From: Sedimentisphaeraceae bacterium JB056
GTDB taxonomy: Bacteria > Planctomycetota > Phycisphaerae > Sedimentisphaerales > Sedimentisphaeraceae
Assembly (NCBI GenBank): GCA_044440125.1
Contig: JBITAJ010000016.1
Location: 23,618-87,617 of the forward strand
Direction: 5' to 3'
Length of the DNA stretch: 64,000 nt
The translations under genes were made by a program, and so were the position numbers. Under the pieces are notes generated by a model, which had not been told where the DNA came from, did no database searches, and saw only the letters and a list, made by a program, of their open reading frames with translations. Shown one piece after another: positions 37,496 through 47,446 of this stretch; the first letter of the stretch is position 1, and each line of letters starts with the position of its first letter.

Positions 37496-38671
37496 ATGAC
37501 AAGTAATTCGAAAACAATACCTGGTGCGGTTTTACCTGATTTTACGTATATTGATACGGATTCTGCGGCTGACGATCTTATAGTTCTGATCAATGACAGT
37601 CAGTGGGCCGGTATTGATATAGAAGGCAGTTCACTTCACAGTTTCAGTGATAATGTATCTCTTGTACAGCTGTCACTTGAAAGTGGTATCTACATTGTTG
37701 ATCCTTTAAGCGGTATTGATATGGCTGCTGTGCTAAGTGCAATTTCTGGTACTGAGCTCATATTGCATGGAGGTGATTATGACCTTCGAATGCTGCTTGC
37801 TGATTATGGTTTCAGGCCTAAAAAGGCGGTTTTTGACACAATGCTTGGCGCAGAGCTGCTTGGTATTGAAAGCATAGGCCTTGCGGCAGTTGTTGAACTG
37901 TTTTTCGGTGAGAAAATGTGCAAAGCAGGTCAAAAATCCAATTGGACGCAGCGTCCGCTCACTCCTTCTCAGCTTAAGTATGCCAGCACAGATGTTGTTT
38001 ATTTGAAAGAACTTAAGGACAGAATGTCTGGTCAGCTTGATGAACTTGGCAGATTGAGCTGGTGGAGCGAATCTAATGCAAGGCTTGTGGAAAGAAGCGG
38101 ACAGAGCAAGGATGCGCCAACTAAGGAGCCGTGGCGGATTAAGGGTTCAAGAGACTTGTCCCCATCTGAGTTGCGCTATCTAAGAGCCATTTGGCAGTGG
38201 CGCAATGATATTGCAAAGAATCAGAATCGACCTGTTTTCAAAATATGCGGTAATGATGTCATTCTCAAGCTTTCTCTTTGGATTGATGCTAATCCTGGTA
38301 AAAACCCTAAGAAATTCAATTCCCTTCCTAAAAGCTGTAGAGGAAAAAGCTATGAGCTGCTTTGTGAATATATCAAAAATGCACGAAAACTTGAAAAAAG
38401 TGAATGGCCCTCACATGTAATCAGGCGACAAAGCTTCTGGGTTGAACCCGACAAAGAGCTTATTGATAAAATCCGTGAGTATGTAAGGAGCATAGCTGAA
38501 GATCTTGGTATAAAACCTCAACTCTTACTTACAAGAGCTAAAATGGAGGCAGTGGCAAGGTCAATGCCTCGAAGCGAGTCGCAAATAGCTGTTATTGCTG
38601 ATCTTATGGCTTGGCAAAAAAATATAATAGCTCCTGCAATCCTTGATATTCTCGTAGAACATTCAGTTTGA
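37496..38671 (+). CDS. rnd: Ribonuclease D-like 3'-5' exonuclease with HRDC domain
   Basis: DIE, LHGGDYD, FDTM, SNWTQRPLT..QLKYASTDV, WQWRNDIAK..NRP. Confidence 0.88.
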   Translation: MTSNSKTIPGAVLPDFTYIDTDSAADDLIVLINDSQWAGIDIEGSSLHSFSDNVSLVQLSLESGIYIVDPLSGIDMAAVLSAISGTELILHGGDYDLRMLLADYGFRPKKAVFDTMLGAELLGIESIGLAAVVELFFGEKMCKAGQKSNWTQRPLTPSQLKYASTDVVYLKELKDRMSGQLDELGRLSWWSESNARLVERSGQSKDAPTKEPWRIKGSRDLSPSELRYLRAIWQWRNDIAKNQNRPVFKICGNDVILKLSLWIDANPGKNPKKFNSLPKSCRGKSYELLCEYIKNARKLEKSEWPSHVIRRQSFWVEPDKELIDKIREYVRSIAEDLGIKPQLLLTRAKMEAVARSMPRSESQIAVIADLMAWQKNIIAPAILDILVEHSV

Positions 38672-38890
38672 GAAACAACACCTTGTTTTTTTGTAGATTT
38701 TTCTTGCTCAGCGTTTTACATTTTGGAACAAATCTATATCATATCTGTCAAAGAACTTGTATATTTTTAATTCGGCAGATTATATTTGTGTCACTGATGC
38801 TAAATCCTGGCGTTTATCACAAATTCAACTTTGCTGATTGGAATGTTAATTTGATTTATAATTATAAAAGCGGATATTATGGAGTTATAT

Positions 38891-41800
38891 ATGATAGAAT
38901 GCTTGGCCTCCTTGTCAGACATTTGTAAGAGAGTATTTTTAACGGCAATGATATGTGCTATTATCTGTTCTTTTGCGGTTGCCCAGGAGCAAGATGCTGC
39001 GAAAGCTGATAGTGCCGAAACATCCAAAGCTGACGGGGAACCCAATAAGTTGACAGATCGTCAGCTTAAGCTTATTGAGAGTTTGGGTATTGAATACGAA
39101 GAAGGCGAAGCATTTGAAGATATCATGGCCAGAGCACATGAGAATTATCGTAAAGATAAAGAGGCTAACGGCGTTGAGGCAAAACAGTTCAGACCTGCCG
39201 AGGTAGGCGTTACTGCTGAGATGGAGGAAGTTCGCAAAGCTGCAGCAGAAAAGGCCCGTGAAGAATATGAGGCACGTCGTCGTCAGATGATTGAGGATAA
39301 TAAAGCTAACATATCACCTGATGCTATGAAAATTCTCGATTCAGATGCTGCTCAAAAGGAAGAAGTTAAACAAGAGCTTAAGCAAGAGCAAGATGCTCAG
39401 CAGTCCGCTGATGTTGCAGATTCTGCTAATGCGGAGCCTGCCGATAAGGAAACCGAAACCGATTCAGTTTCTGACGAAGACAGGATGTTTGATGATGGAA
39501 ACAAAGAGCTTGAGCTTACAATAACACTTCCGGAGAAAGTGGAGCTTACTGCTTTGATTGAGCTTGTAGGCAAGCAGCTTGGCCTCAACTATATCTATGA
39601 CCCAGCAGAGGTCAAGGGTGAGGTTATGCTGAAGGTGCATAATGGAAAGATAAAAGTCAAAGATACTTATGCTCTGCTTGAGTCAGTTCTCAAATTCCGC
39701 GGCTTTGTAATGACAAGACGCGGTGATCTTGTTACCATAGTCCCTGCCGCAAAAGCAAACGAGATTGACCCGGTTATTATGGATAATGGCGGGCCGGTTA
39801 AGCCAGGTGATGTTATCGTTACGAGTGTTTTCAGGCTTGAGAACATAACTACTGATATAGCTCAAAATCTTCTTTCGAGCATGAATCTCAGCTCGAATAT
39901 AATATCGCTTCCCGAAACTCGTTCAATAATTGTTACAGGTTATGCGTACAGAATGAGCAGGATTGAGCAAATGCTGGCACTTGTTGATGTTCCGGGTGAG
40001 AGACGCGATTTCTCTTACAGGCGTCTGGAATATACACTCGCCTCCTCTGTTGTTGATAAAATCCAATCACTTGCCGAAAATCTTGGTACAGTTGATGTAA
40101 CTATAGCTACCAGTTCAGATGGTGGTGGTCAGCCTTCAAGGCCTCAGCCTGTTCGTCGTGACAGTCGTGGCCGTATAATTCCGCAGCCAAAGACGCCGGC
40201 TCAACCTCAAGGCCCATCTACAGACGTGATACAATCGGAAACGGCTAAGTATGGGGTTTATCTTGATGTAGATGACCGTACCAACCGTATACTGATGGTG
40301 GGAACAGAGGATGATATTATTGAGGTTAACAAACTTATTGATACTTTTGATGTTCCTAAACAAGATTTGAGAAGAATAGTCAAATATACAATCGAATTTG
40401 CGGATGCGGCTGATATTTTGACTGCGTTGGAAGATTTGAACATCATTACCACAGGCGTTAATTCCGCATCTTCACGTTCTCAATCACGTACGCCCACTAA
40501 CAGGCCTACTACAGCACAGCAGCAAAATACGCAGCAAACTGTAGCTACCGATCAGTCAGGTAATGTTCTTCTTGATGAGCCTCAGGTTGTTATGATTGAG
40601 CCGAGTAACTCTCTGCTTGTAAACGCTACCGATGAGCAGCATGAGAAGATACAGTCTATTATCGAATTCATCGATCAGGAACCAGAGCAGGATCAGGCTC
40701 CTGTCAAAGTTTATCCATTGGAAAATCAATCAGTTGAGGATATCAAGGAAACTTTGACAAGCGTTGTTGAAAAAGTAGCAAAAGAGAAGGCTGAGGCAGA
40801 GCAGGGCTCGGCGGGTTCAGCCGCTTCTACAGCAGGTAAGATCCAAAAAGCATCTGTAGGCAAGAATATTCCGAACGTAGTTATAACTGGTGATGAGGGT
40901 ACAAATTCGATTGTAGTTTTCGCCAGCCGTAAAGATCAGGAATGGATATCTGAGCTTATTACGAATCTTGATAAAAAACGTCCGCAGGTGTTGATAGATG
41001 TTACGCTTGTTGAGATAACAAAAGACGACGCATTTACCTATGACCTGAATGCTGTTACAAACATTACTGGAAATCTGTCAGATTCCTTGAAATATCCACC
41101 GGCGATACCTGCAGCAGCTACAAGCAGCTCTATTCTGGAATACAGTTGGGGCGGCGGCAGTCTTGGCGGCTTCTACTCTGATGAGAATATTCAGGCAGTT
41201 CTTGATCTTATGCAGGAGAAAAATTACGGCCGTATCATGGCAAAGCCTAAGCTGCTGGTCAATGACAATCAGGAAGGTGAGATATCATCAGAGAATACAG
41301 AATACATTGCCAACGTGTCAACGAATGTTCTGGGCGAACAAGGTACTAATACAAGTACAGATGTCAGTTGGGATGATTATACAGCTGGTATTACTCTTAA
41401 TATAACTCCGCATATCAGTGAGGGAGATTTATTAAGGCTTGAAATAACTCTTAACAGGACTGATTTTGGTACGAATGCCAATGAGTATACAACTACTGAC
41501 GGGGCAAAAATAACAGGTCCCAAAGACACTATTTCAAGTGATATATCCACCACAATAACAGTGCCTAATGAAAGCACAATAATCCTTGGAGGGTTGACGA
41601 AGATTAATCAGAACAAGGGTGGCAAGAAAGTGCCTATACTTGGTGATATACCATTGGTCGGTATTTTGTTCAGAGGTATAAATAATGCTGACACCCAATC
41701 AAGGCTGTATGTTTTCATCAAAGCTAATATATTGAGACCTGATGAAACAAGGCCCGGTCTGCCTGATCTTGAACGTGAATCTGATGTTCACAAGAAGGCT

Positions 41801-41896
41801 TTCGAAGAAAGTGAAAGTGAATTCCAGTCGTATCAGGAATGGCCTGGACTTGATACTGAGCCGATCAAGCCTGAAAGAGTACTTGAGATGAAGTAA
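38891..41896 (+). CDS. gspD: Type II secretion secretin with long N-terminal extension
   Basis: N-domain repeats (RTNRIL, SNSLLV, TNSIVV), LDKKRPQVLIDV, ITPHI, KVPILGDIPLVGILFR; start uncertain (38879/38891/38948). Confidence 0.92.
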   Translation: MIECLASLSDICKRVFLTAMICAIICSFAVAQEQDAAKADSAETSKADGEPNKLTDRQLKLIESLGIEYEEGEAFEDIMARAHENYRKDKEANGVEAKQFRPAEVGVTAEMEEVRKAAAEKAREEYEARRRQMIEDNKANISPDAMKILDSDAAQKEEVKQELKQEQDAQQSADVADSANAEPADKETETDSVSDEDRMFDDGNKELELTITLPEKVELTALIELVGKQLGLNYIYDPAEVKGEVMLKVHNGKIKVKDTYALLESVLKFRGFVMTRRGDLVTIVPAAKANEIDPVIMDNGGPVKPGDVIVTSVFRLENITTDIAQNLLSSMNLSSNIISLPETRSIIVTGYAYRMSRIEQMLALVDVPGERRDFSYRRLEYTLASSVVDKIQSLAENLGTVDVTIATSSDGGGQPSRPQPVRRDSRGRIIPQPKTPAQPQGPSTDVIQSETAKYGVYLDVDDRTNRILMVGTEDDIIEVNKLIDTFDVPKQDLRRIVKYTIEFADAADILTALEDLNIITTGVNSASSRSQSRTPTNRPTTAQQQNTQQTVATDQSGNVLLDEPQVVMIEPSNSLLVNATDEQHEKIQSIIEFIDQEPEQDQAPVKVYPLENQSVEDIKETLTSVVEKVAKEKAEAEQGSAGSAASTAGKIQKASVGKNIPNVVITGDEGTNSIVVFASRKDQEWISELITNLDKKRPQVLIDVTLVEITKDDAFTYDLNAVTNITGNLSDSLKYPPAIPAAATSSSILEYSWGGGSLGGFYSDENIQAVLDLMQEKNYGRIMAKPKLLVNDNQEGEISSENTEYIANVSTNVLGEQGTNTSTDVSWDDYTAGITLNITPHISEGDLLRLEITLNRTDFGTNANEYTTTDGAKITGPKDTISSDISTTITVPNESTIILGGLTKINQNKGGKKVPILGDIPLVGILFRGINNADTQSRLYVFIKANILRPDETRPGLPDLERESDVHKKAFEESESEFQSYQEWPGLDTEPIKPERVLEMK

Positions 41897-41905
41897 TGGA
41901 TTGAT

Positions 41906-41934
41906 TAATCCCCCTTACTGATGAAGGGGGATTA
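41906..41934. other. Perfect 11-bp intergenic hairpin between gspD and gspE
   Basis: TAATCCCCCTT-ACTGATG-AAGGGGGATTA, no U-tract. Confidence 0.6.
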
Positions 41935-41949
41935 GATTATATAGATAAT

Positions 41950-43650
41950 ATGAAAAATTTATTGATACAAACAGCCAGGCGAACAGGGCTTATTGACGCT
42001 GAATTTCTTGAGAAGTATTTTGAGGAAAACAGCTCTGATCCCAGAAGGCTTGATCAGTTACTGTTGAATTGTCCTTCGGTTACAGAAGAAATGGTTTTGA
42101 AGCTTTTTTCAGAGGCTCTTGATCTTGAGTATTTTGAGGAAGTGGATGCCAGAAAGGTTCCTAAAAATTTTATAGAGAAGGTTCCAGCTGTATATTCTCA
42201 ACATCACTACGTTGTAGCGATTGAAGAAGAAGGAGAATCAGCCGTCAAGGTTATTACCGCATGGCCTCTTGATACCGACGTAGTCGATAATATATCACGT
42301 ATGACAGGTCTTGCCGTTTTGCCGGCTTTGAGTACCAGGACAAATATCACTGCTGCAATTGATGTTGCTTATGAGCAGAAATCAAGCGTTGCCGATGAGG
42401 TTGCCGAGGAGCTTGACAGCCAGAATCTCGACAATCTTGTAAATGAAGTAGGCAGTTCGGACGACCTTCTCGATGTGGTCAACAGACCTCCGGTTATCAG
42501 GCTTGTGAATGATATTTTCTTCCGCGCATTGCAGATGCGTGCCAGTGATATACATATTCATCCGTTTGAGACTAAGATACAGGTGCGTTACAGGATTGAC
42601 GGTATTCTTTATGATACCCTTAGTCTTAACAGGAATGTTCTTCCGCTGGTAATTTCACGTATCAAGGTCATGGCCGGTATGGATATTGCAGAGCGAAGAA
42701 TGCCACAGGACGGTCGTACAAGTGTGCGATTAGGGCAGCGTGAGATTGATTTGCGTGTTAGTACAGTGCCTACAGCTTACGGCGAGAGGTGCGTGCTTCG
42801 TATTCTTGATAAGAGCAGCGGTATATTCAAGCTTGAAGATCTTGGAATGTGGGAAGATGATCTTGAGATGTTTGACAAGCTGCTGCAATACTCCCATGGC
42901 GTTATATTTGTGACTGGACCAACGGGAAGTGGTAAGAGTACTACCCTGTATGCGAGTCTTAACCGGCTCAATTCTACCGAAAAGAATATAATGACTGTTG
43001 AAAACCCGATAGAGTATCAGCTCTCGGGCATCAGTCAGATGCAGGTTGCCGAGAAGAAGGGTATGACATTTATTACTGCACTTCGTCATATTCTTCGTCA
43101 GGATCCTGATGTTATAATGGTTGGTGAAGTTCGTGATGAGGAAACTGCCCGTATGGCGATACAGTCATCGCTTACCGGTCACCTTGTTTTCAGTACCCTC
43201 CATACGAATGATTCTGCCAGTTCGGTCAGTCGTTTGATTGATCTTGGCGTTGAGCCTTACCTTGTCAGTTCATCGGTCCTTGCTGTTCTTGCCCAAAGAC
43301 TTGTTCGAAGGATCTGCCCATACTGCAAGATGCCTTACAAGCCCGCAACAAGAGAGATGCGTGAGCTTGGTCTTGGTGAGGATAAGGAAAGTACTCATTT
43401 CTATACCGGGCAAGGTTGCGAAAAATGTTTCAATACCGGTTATCGCGGACGAATCGGTATTTATGAACTTTTGGTTGTGAATGAAGAATTACGCGACCTT
43501 ATAAGTGAGAACAGGCCTGCCGGCGTTATAAAAAGAAAAGCTCTTGAAGAAGGGCTTAAGACTTTACGTATGGATGGAGCCAGAAAAGTACTTGCCGGTC
43601 AGACTACAATAGCTGAGGTGCTGAGGGTTACTCAGTCGGATATCGTTTAA
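41950..43650 (+). CDS. gspE: T2SS assembly ATPase
   Basis: ASDIHIHP, GPTGSGKST, LRQDPDVIMVGEVRD, TGHLVFSTLHTND, CPYC/CEKC. Confidence 0.96.
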   Translation: MKNLLIQTARRTGLIDAEFLEKYFEENSSDPRRLDQLLLNCPSVTEEMVLKLFSEALDLEYFEEVDARKVPKNFIEKVPAVYSQHHYVVAIEEEGESAVKVITAWPLDTDVVDNISRMTGLAVLPALSTRTNITAAIDVAYEQKSSVADEVAEELDSQNLDNLVNEVGSSDDLLDVVNRPPVIRLVNDIFFRALQMRASDIHIHPFETKIQVRYRIDGILYDTLSLNRNVLPLVISRIKVMAGMDIAERRMPQDGRTSVRLGQREIDLRVSTVPTAYGERCVLRILDKSSGIFKLEDLGMWEDDLEMFDKLLQYSHGVIFVTGPTGSGKSTTLYASLNRLNSTEKNIMTVENPIEYQLSGISQMQVAEKKGMTFITALRHILRQDPDVIMVGEVRDEETARMAIQSSLTGHLVFSTLHTNDSASSVSRLIDLGVEPYLVSSSVLAVLAQRLVRRICPYCKMPYKPATREMRELGLGEDKESTHFYTGQGCEKCFNTGYRGRIGIYELLVVNEELRDLISENRPAGVIKRKALEEGLKTLRMDGARKVLAGQTTIAEVLRVTQSDIV

Positions 43651-43687
43651 TAATTAGATCAAGAATTACGAATAAGAATTGTAAATT

Positions 43688-44905
43688 ATGCCTCGTTATC
43701 GTTATACAGCATTAGATTCGAGCAAAAAAAAGAAGAAAGGCACGCTTTCTGCCGAAAGTGCGTACTATGCCCGAAAACAGCTTCGAGCGAGGATGTTTCA
43801 TCCTGTTGAGATCAAGGAAATCTCAGCGTCTGAAGCAGGGGGCAGTTTGCGTTTTCTTGGAAAACGTGTTAACAAGGGTGAGGTCGTTGATTTTACCAAG
43901 GAGCTTGCGACTCTTCTCAATTCCGGTATAAAGCTTACTGAAGCCCTTGCCGTTCTTACCGAGCAGGTCTCTGATCAAAAGTTTCGAAACGCATTGAATG
44001 ATGTTCGTGAGAGGGTTGTTACCGGTGAATCTTTTGCTGATGCAATAGCTGATTACGGTGATTATTTTGATGTGATATATATAAGCATGGTACGAGTAGG
44101 TGAGATGACCGGTTCCTTTGGTCCTGCTTTGGCATCAGTTGCGGAATTTATGGAGAAGCGTAAAAACGCTGAAGCTAAGATGGTGACTGCTATGATATAT
44201 CCCATAATTCTGAGCTTTTTCGGTTTTGCGGTAATGATTTTCTTTACGACTTATGTTATTCCTAAAATAGGCGTCCAAATAACGAAGACAGGCCAGGAAC
44301 TGCCAGCTATAACAAAATTTGTGCTTGGCTTAAGTCATATACTGACATCATGGAAATGGGATTTGGGAATTGTTGGCGGTCTTTTTGTACTTATAGTTAT
44401 TGTACGCAAATTGTTGAAAACAAAAAGAGGAACATATTTCAAAGATAAATTGCTTATTTCTCTGCCTATTTTTGGCAAACTATTAAAACAAAGAATCGTT
44501 GCAAGGTTCGCTTCTACATTTTCGGTCTTGCTTAGTTCCGGTTTGCCAATGGCAGAATCTATGAAGGTTGTAGGTGAGGTTACGGGAAATGTAGTTATGA
44601 GTGATGCCGTAAAAGAAGCCCGTGAAAGGATTCTTACAGGTTCTGATATAGCTTCACCGCTTCGTGACAGCGGTGTTATAAATCCAACAATAGCACACAT
44701 GATAGCTGTTGGTGAAAAAAGTGGCGAGCTTGAAGGTATGCTTAAGAATATAAGCGATAATCTTGAACAGTCAAGCGATATTATGATTGACAGAATGAGC
44801 GCGGCGATTGAACCGGTTATTATTATACTTATAGCAGGATGTGTTGCTGTACTTGCATTGGCTATGATTCTGCCTATTGTGCAGTTCTCAACGGGACAAA
44901 TGTAA
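43688..44905 (+). CDS. gspF: T2SS inner-membrane platform protein
   Basis: ELATLLNSG, MVRVGE.TG, AMIYP, VGEKSGELE, IEP. Confidence 0.95.
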   Translation: MPRYRYTALDSSKKKKKGTLSAESAYYARKQLRARMFHPVEIKEISASEAGGSLRFLGKRVNKGEVVDFTKELATLLNSGIKLTEALAVLTEQVSDQKFRNALNDVRERVVTGESFADAIADYGDYFDVIYISMVRVGEMTGSFGPALASVAEFMEKRKNAEAKMVTAMIYPIILSFFGFAVMIFFTTYVIPKIGVQITKTGQELPAITKFVLGLSHILTSWKWDLGIVGGLFVLIVIVRKLLKTKRGTYFKDKLLISLPIFGKLLKQRIVARFASTFSVLLSSGLPMAESMKVVGEVTGNVVMSDAVKEARERILTGSDIASPLRDSGVINPTIAHMIAVGEKSGELEGMLKNISDNLEQSSDIMIDRMSAAIEPVIIILIAGCVAVLALAMILPIVQFSTGQM

Positions 44906-44950
44906 TAATTTAAGTGATCAAAAGATAAAATCTATCAATGGAGTAAAAAT

Positions 44951-45385
44951 ATGAAGAGAAAAAACAGAAAAGCATTTAGTATTGTAGAAGTTATGGCTGC
45001 TCTTATTATTATCGGGCTTTTGAGTGCGATTGTAGCTACCAACTTTTTAGGTCAAACCGATAAGGCACGTCAGAAACAGACCGTTGCCAACTTGAAAGTA
45101 CTGCATATGGCAGTTTCTCAATTCAAGATGGATACCGGACGTTTCCCAACCGCTGATGAAGGACTTACAGTGCTTATTGAAGAGCCGGCAGATGCTGAGG
45201 GCTGGAACCCCGGCGGCTATCTTCAGACCTCTGAATTACCGCAGGATGGCTGGGGCAATGAATTCTTCTATCAGGAATACCCCGAAGATGGTAAGCCTTT
45301 TGCGATAATCAGCTTCGGAGCTGATGGCGAGCCTGACGGCGAAGGATACGATGAAGATCTTTACAGTACTAAGGTTTATAAATAG
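44951..45385 (+). CDS. gspG: Major pseudopilin
   Basis: KA|FSIVEVM, FKMDTGRFPT..GL..L, DGWGNEF.Y, SFGADG.PDGEG.DED. Confidence 0.93.
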   Translation: MKRKNRKAFSIVEVMAALIIIGLLSAIVATNFLGQTDKARQKQTVANLKVLHMAVSQFKMDTGRFPTADEGLTVLIEEPADAEGWNPGGYLQTSELPQDGWGNEFFYQEYPEDGKPFAIISFGADGEPDGEGYDEDLYSTKVYK

Positions 45386-45387
45386 GC

Positions 45388-45960
45388 ATGAGACAAGAGG
45401 CGCAAGGCACAAGATCGAATCGTGGTTTTTCGATGGCCGAGATGATAATGGCCATGTTTCTTGTTGCGCTTATTTCAGCCATAGGACTCATCGGATTTAC
45501 CGGGTTTTCCGGCGGGTACAAGTTTCGCAGTAAACTCGATTCAATTGCCTCTTTGTTTGCAAGATCGGCAACCGCTGCTTCTGAAAATGGAAGACGATAT
45601 GGAATCATATTTGATTTTATAGATATGTCGTATGCGATGTATGAAGTCAATACAACTGACCCTTACAGTGAAGACTTTGCTAACCTTCTCGAAGAGGATC
45701 TTATCGAGAGAGGGTATTTTGATAAAGACTGCCAGTTGCTTTATATTGAGTTTGATGATGGTGAGATGATTGACGGCGGTGAGCAGGGGCGTACTCTTTT
45801 CGTAGTAGGTCCAGCCGGTTGGGATTTTGGCGGCAAAGTAGTTCTGTCCAATTATGATGGCGAGATATACACTATTGTTGTTGGCAGGCTTGAGAACAGA
45901 CCTAAAGTAGTAGAGGGTGAGGCAATGCTTGCCGAGCCGGTATTTGATATGACATTCTGA
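45388..45960 (+). CDS. gspH: Minor pseudopilin (GspH-like)
   Basis: RG|FSMAEMI prepilin signal; position after gspG. Confidence 0.75.
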   Translation: MRQEAQGTRSNRGFSMAEMIMAMFLVALISAIGLIGFTGFSGGYKFRSKLDSIASLFARSATAASENGRRYGIIFDFIDMSYAMYEVNTTDPYSEDFANLLEEDLIERGYFDKDCQLLYIEFDDGEMIDGGEQGRTLFVVGPAGWDFGGKVVLSNYDGEIYTIVVGRLENRPKVVEGEAMLAEPVFDMTF

Positions 45961-45968
45961 TCAATTTT

Positions 45969-46598
45969 ATGCCAAAGACCAGATTAAACATGAATCACTC
46001 AACTTACATAACAAAGCGTTCCAGAGGTGCTTTTACGTTGGTAGAAGCTCTTACTGCTCTTGTTATAGTTGGTTTTACCTGCGGCACAGTATTGATCGTA
46101 ATCAACAATTCCCTCGACTCAATGTCTGATCAGGAAAGCCGGCTCAGAGCAATTGATGTCGCGAGAGAAAATATAGAATCTCTATTGGCTCAAACGAGTT
46201 TGAAGGAGTTTTCAGAGACCGGATTGAGTGATTTATATCCAGATATCGAATGGAGCCGGGGCATTGAGGTAGTTGAATTTCAAGGGACAAGTGACCTTTG
46301 GATGAAGGCGTTCTCTACGGCTAATTTTTACAATACAGATAACGAACTTGAAGAGATTGAGTTTATTAACTGGCTTGCTCCACTAACAGATCAGCAGCAA
46401 AAACAAGTTCTTCAGGACAGACAGAAAGAAGATGAATATCTCGAAGAGATGCAGCAAGAGGAACTTCTCGAAGAAGAAGCTGCAGATCAGGAGTATGACG
46501 GCGAAGATATGGAAGATGCTTTGGATATGCTCAATGGCATTGATACAGGCAGCACTGAAGAACAACAGCCTGATGAATTACAGGAGGTTGAACGATGA
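45969..46598 (+). CDS. gspI: Minor pseudopilin (GspI-like) with acidic tail
   Basis: GA|FTLVEAL; gene order. Confidence 0.72.
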   Translation: MPKTRLNMNHSTYITKRSRGAFTLVEALTALVIVGFTCGTVLIVINNSLDSMSDQESRLRAIDVARENIESLLAQTSLKEFSETGLSDLYPDIEWSRGIEVVEFQGTSDLWMKAFSTANFYNTDNELEEIEFINWLAPLTDQQQKQVLQDRQKEDEYLEEMQQEELLEEEAADQEYDGEDMEDALDMLNGIDTGSTEEQQPDELQEVER

Positions 46599-47446
46599 GA
46601 AAGCCAAAAGGTTTTTCACTTGTTGAGCTTCTTACTGCTTTATTCATAGTCTGTATATTGGTAGTTGCCCTGACAACAATTTATTCAGCATCGGTCAACG
46701 CTATTTCTGCCATAGATGAAAAACTGGAAGATGGTTTTAATTCTAATGATATAATACATCGTATAGTGGATGACGTCTCAACCGTTTCGTCCTATGATAC
46801 CGATACATCACTTACATTAAAGTCTAAAATTGTTGACGGAGTAACACTTTACAGGCTGGAAGTTCTAAGCAAAATATATGATAATTCCGGTAAGGAAATT
46901 GAGTATAAAAAAGTGATCTGGCAGAGCGATTATGATTTTGCGACAGGAGAAATATCTCTTTACCGGTGCATGAGCGGTATGGCAGTAGAAGATCCTGTGC
47001 TTAGCACTGATGCCAGAAATAATCCTGATGTTGATATTTTTGTTCCTGTTTGCAGCGGCCTTACTTACTTTACTATGCAGGTCCCTCAGGTGACCAATAC
47101 CTCTGCCGGTGAAATAGAAAACTATCTCGACTCCTGGGAGAAAGATGAAATGCCCGGCGGAATAATGGTTGAATTGTCATTTGCCCCTCCGGTCGAATAT
47201 GTTACCGGTGAGGTTGAGGTTGTAGCTGAAGACCGTATAAGCAGGAGGATATCGGTTAACCGGTCAAGGGAATACAAATTCAAGTTTGTAGCAAAGGATC
47301 TCGAAGGTATCTATGGAGGTGATCAGGATGAAACCGAAGAAGAGGAGATTATAGAGGATGATGGTGAGTTCGCTGAAGGTGAGGAGATAATAAGTGAAGG
47401 GGATTATGAAGAGTTAGAAGACCAGGGGGGCGGCGATGAGGAATAA
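46595..47446 (+). CDS. gspJ: Minor pseudopilin (GspJ-like) with acidic tail
   Basis: KG|FSLVELL; MPGGIMVEL; gene order. Confidence 0.75.
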   Translation: MRKPKGFSLVELLTALFIVCILVVALTTIYSASVNAISAIDEKLEDGFNSNDIIHRIVDDVSTVSSYDTDTSLTLKSKIVDGVTLYRLEVLSKIYDNSGKEIEYKKVIWQSDYDFATGEISLYRCMSGMAVEDPVLSTDARNNPDVDIFVPVCSGLTYFTMQVPQVTNTSAGEIENYLDSWEKDEMPGGIMVELSFAPPVEYVTGEVEVVAEDRISRRISVNRSREYKFKFVAKDLEGIYGGDQDETEEEEIIEDDGEFAEGEEIISEGDYEELEDQGGGDEE

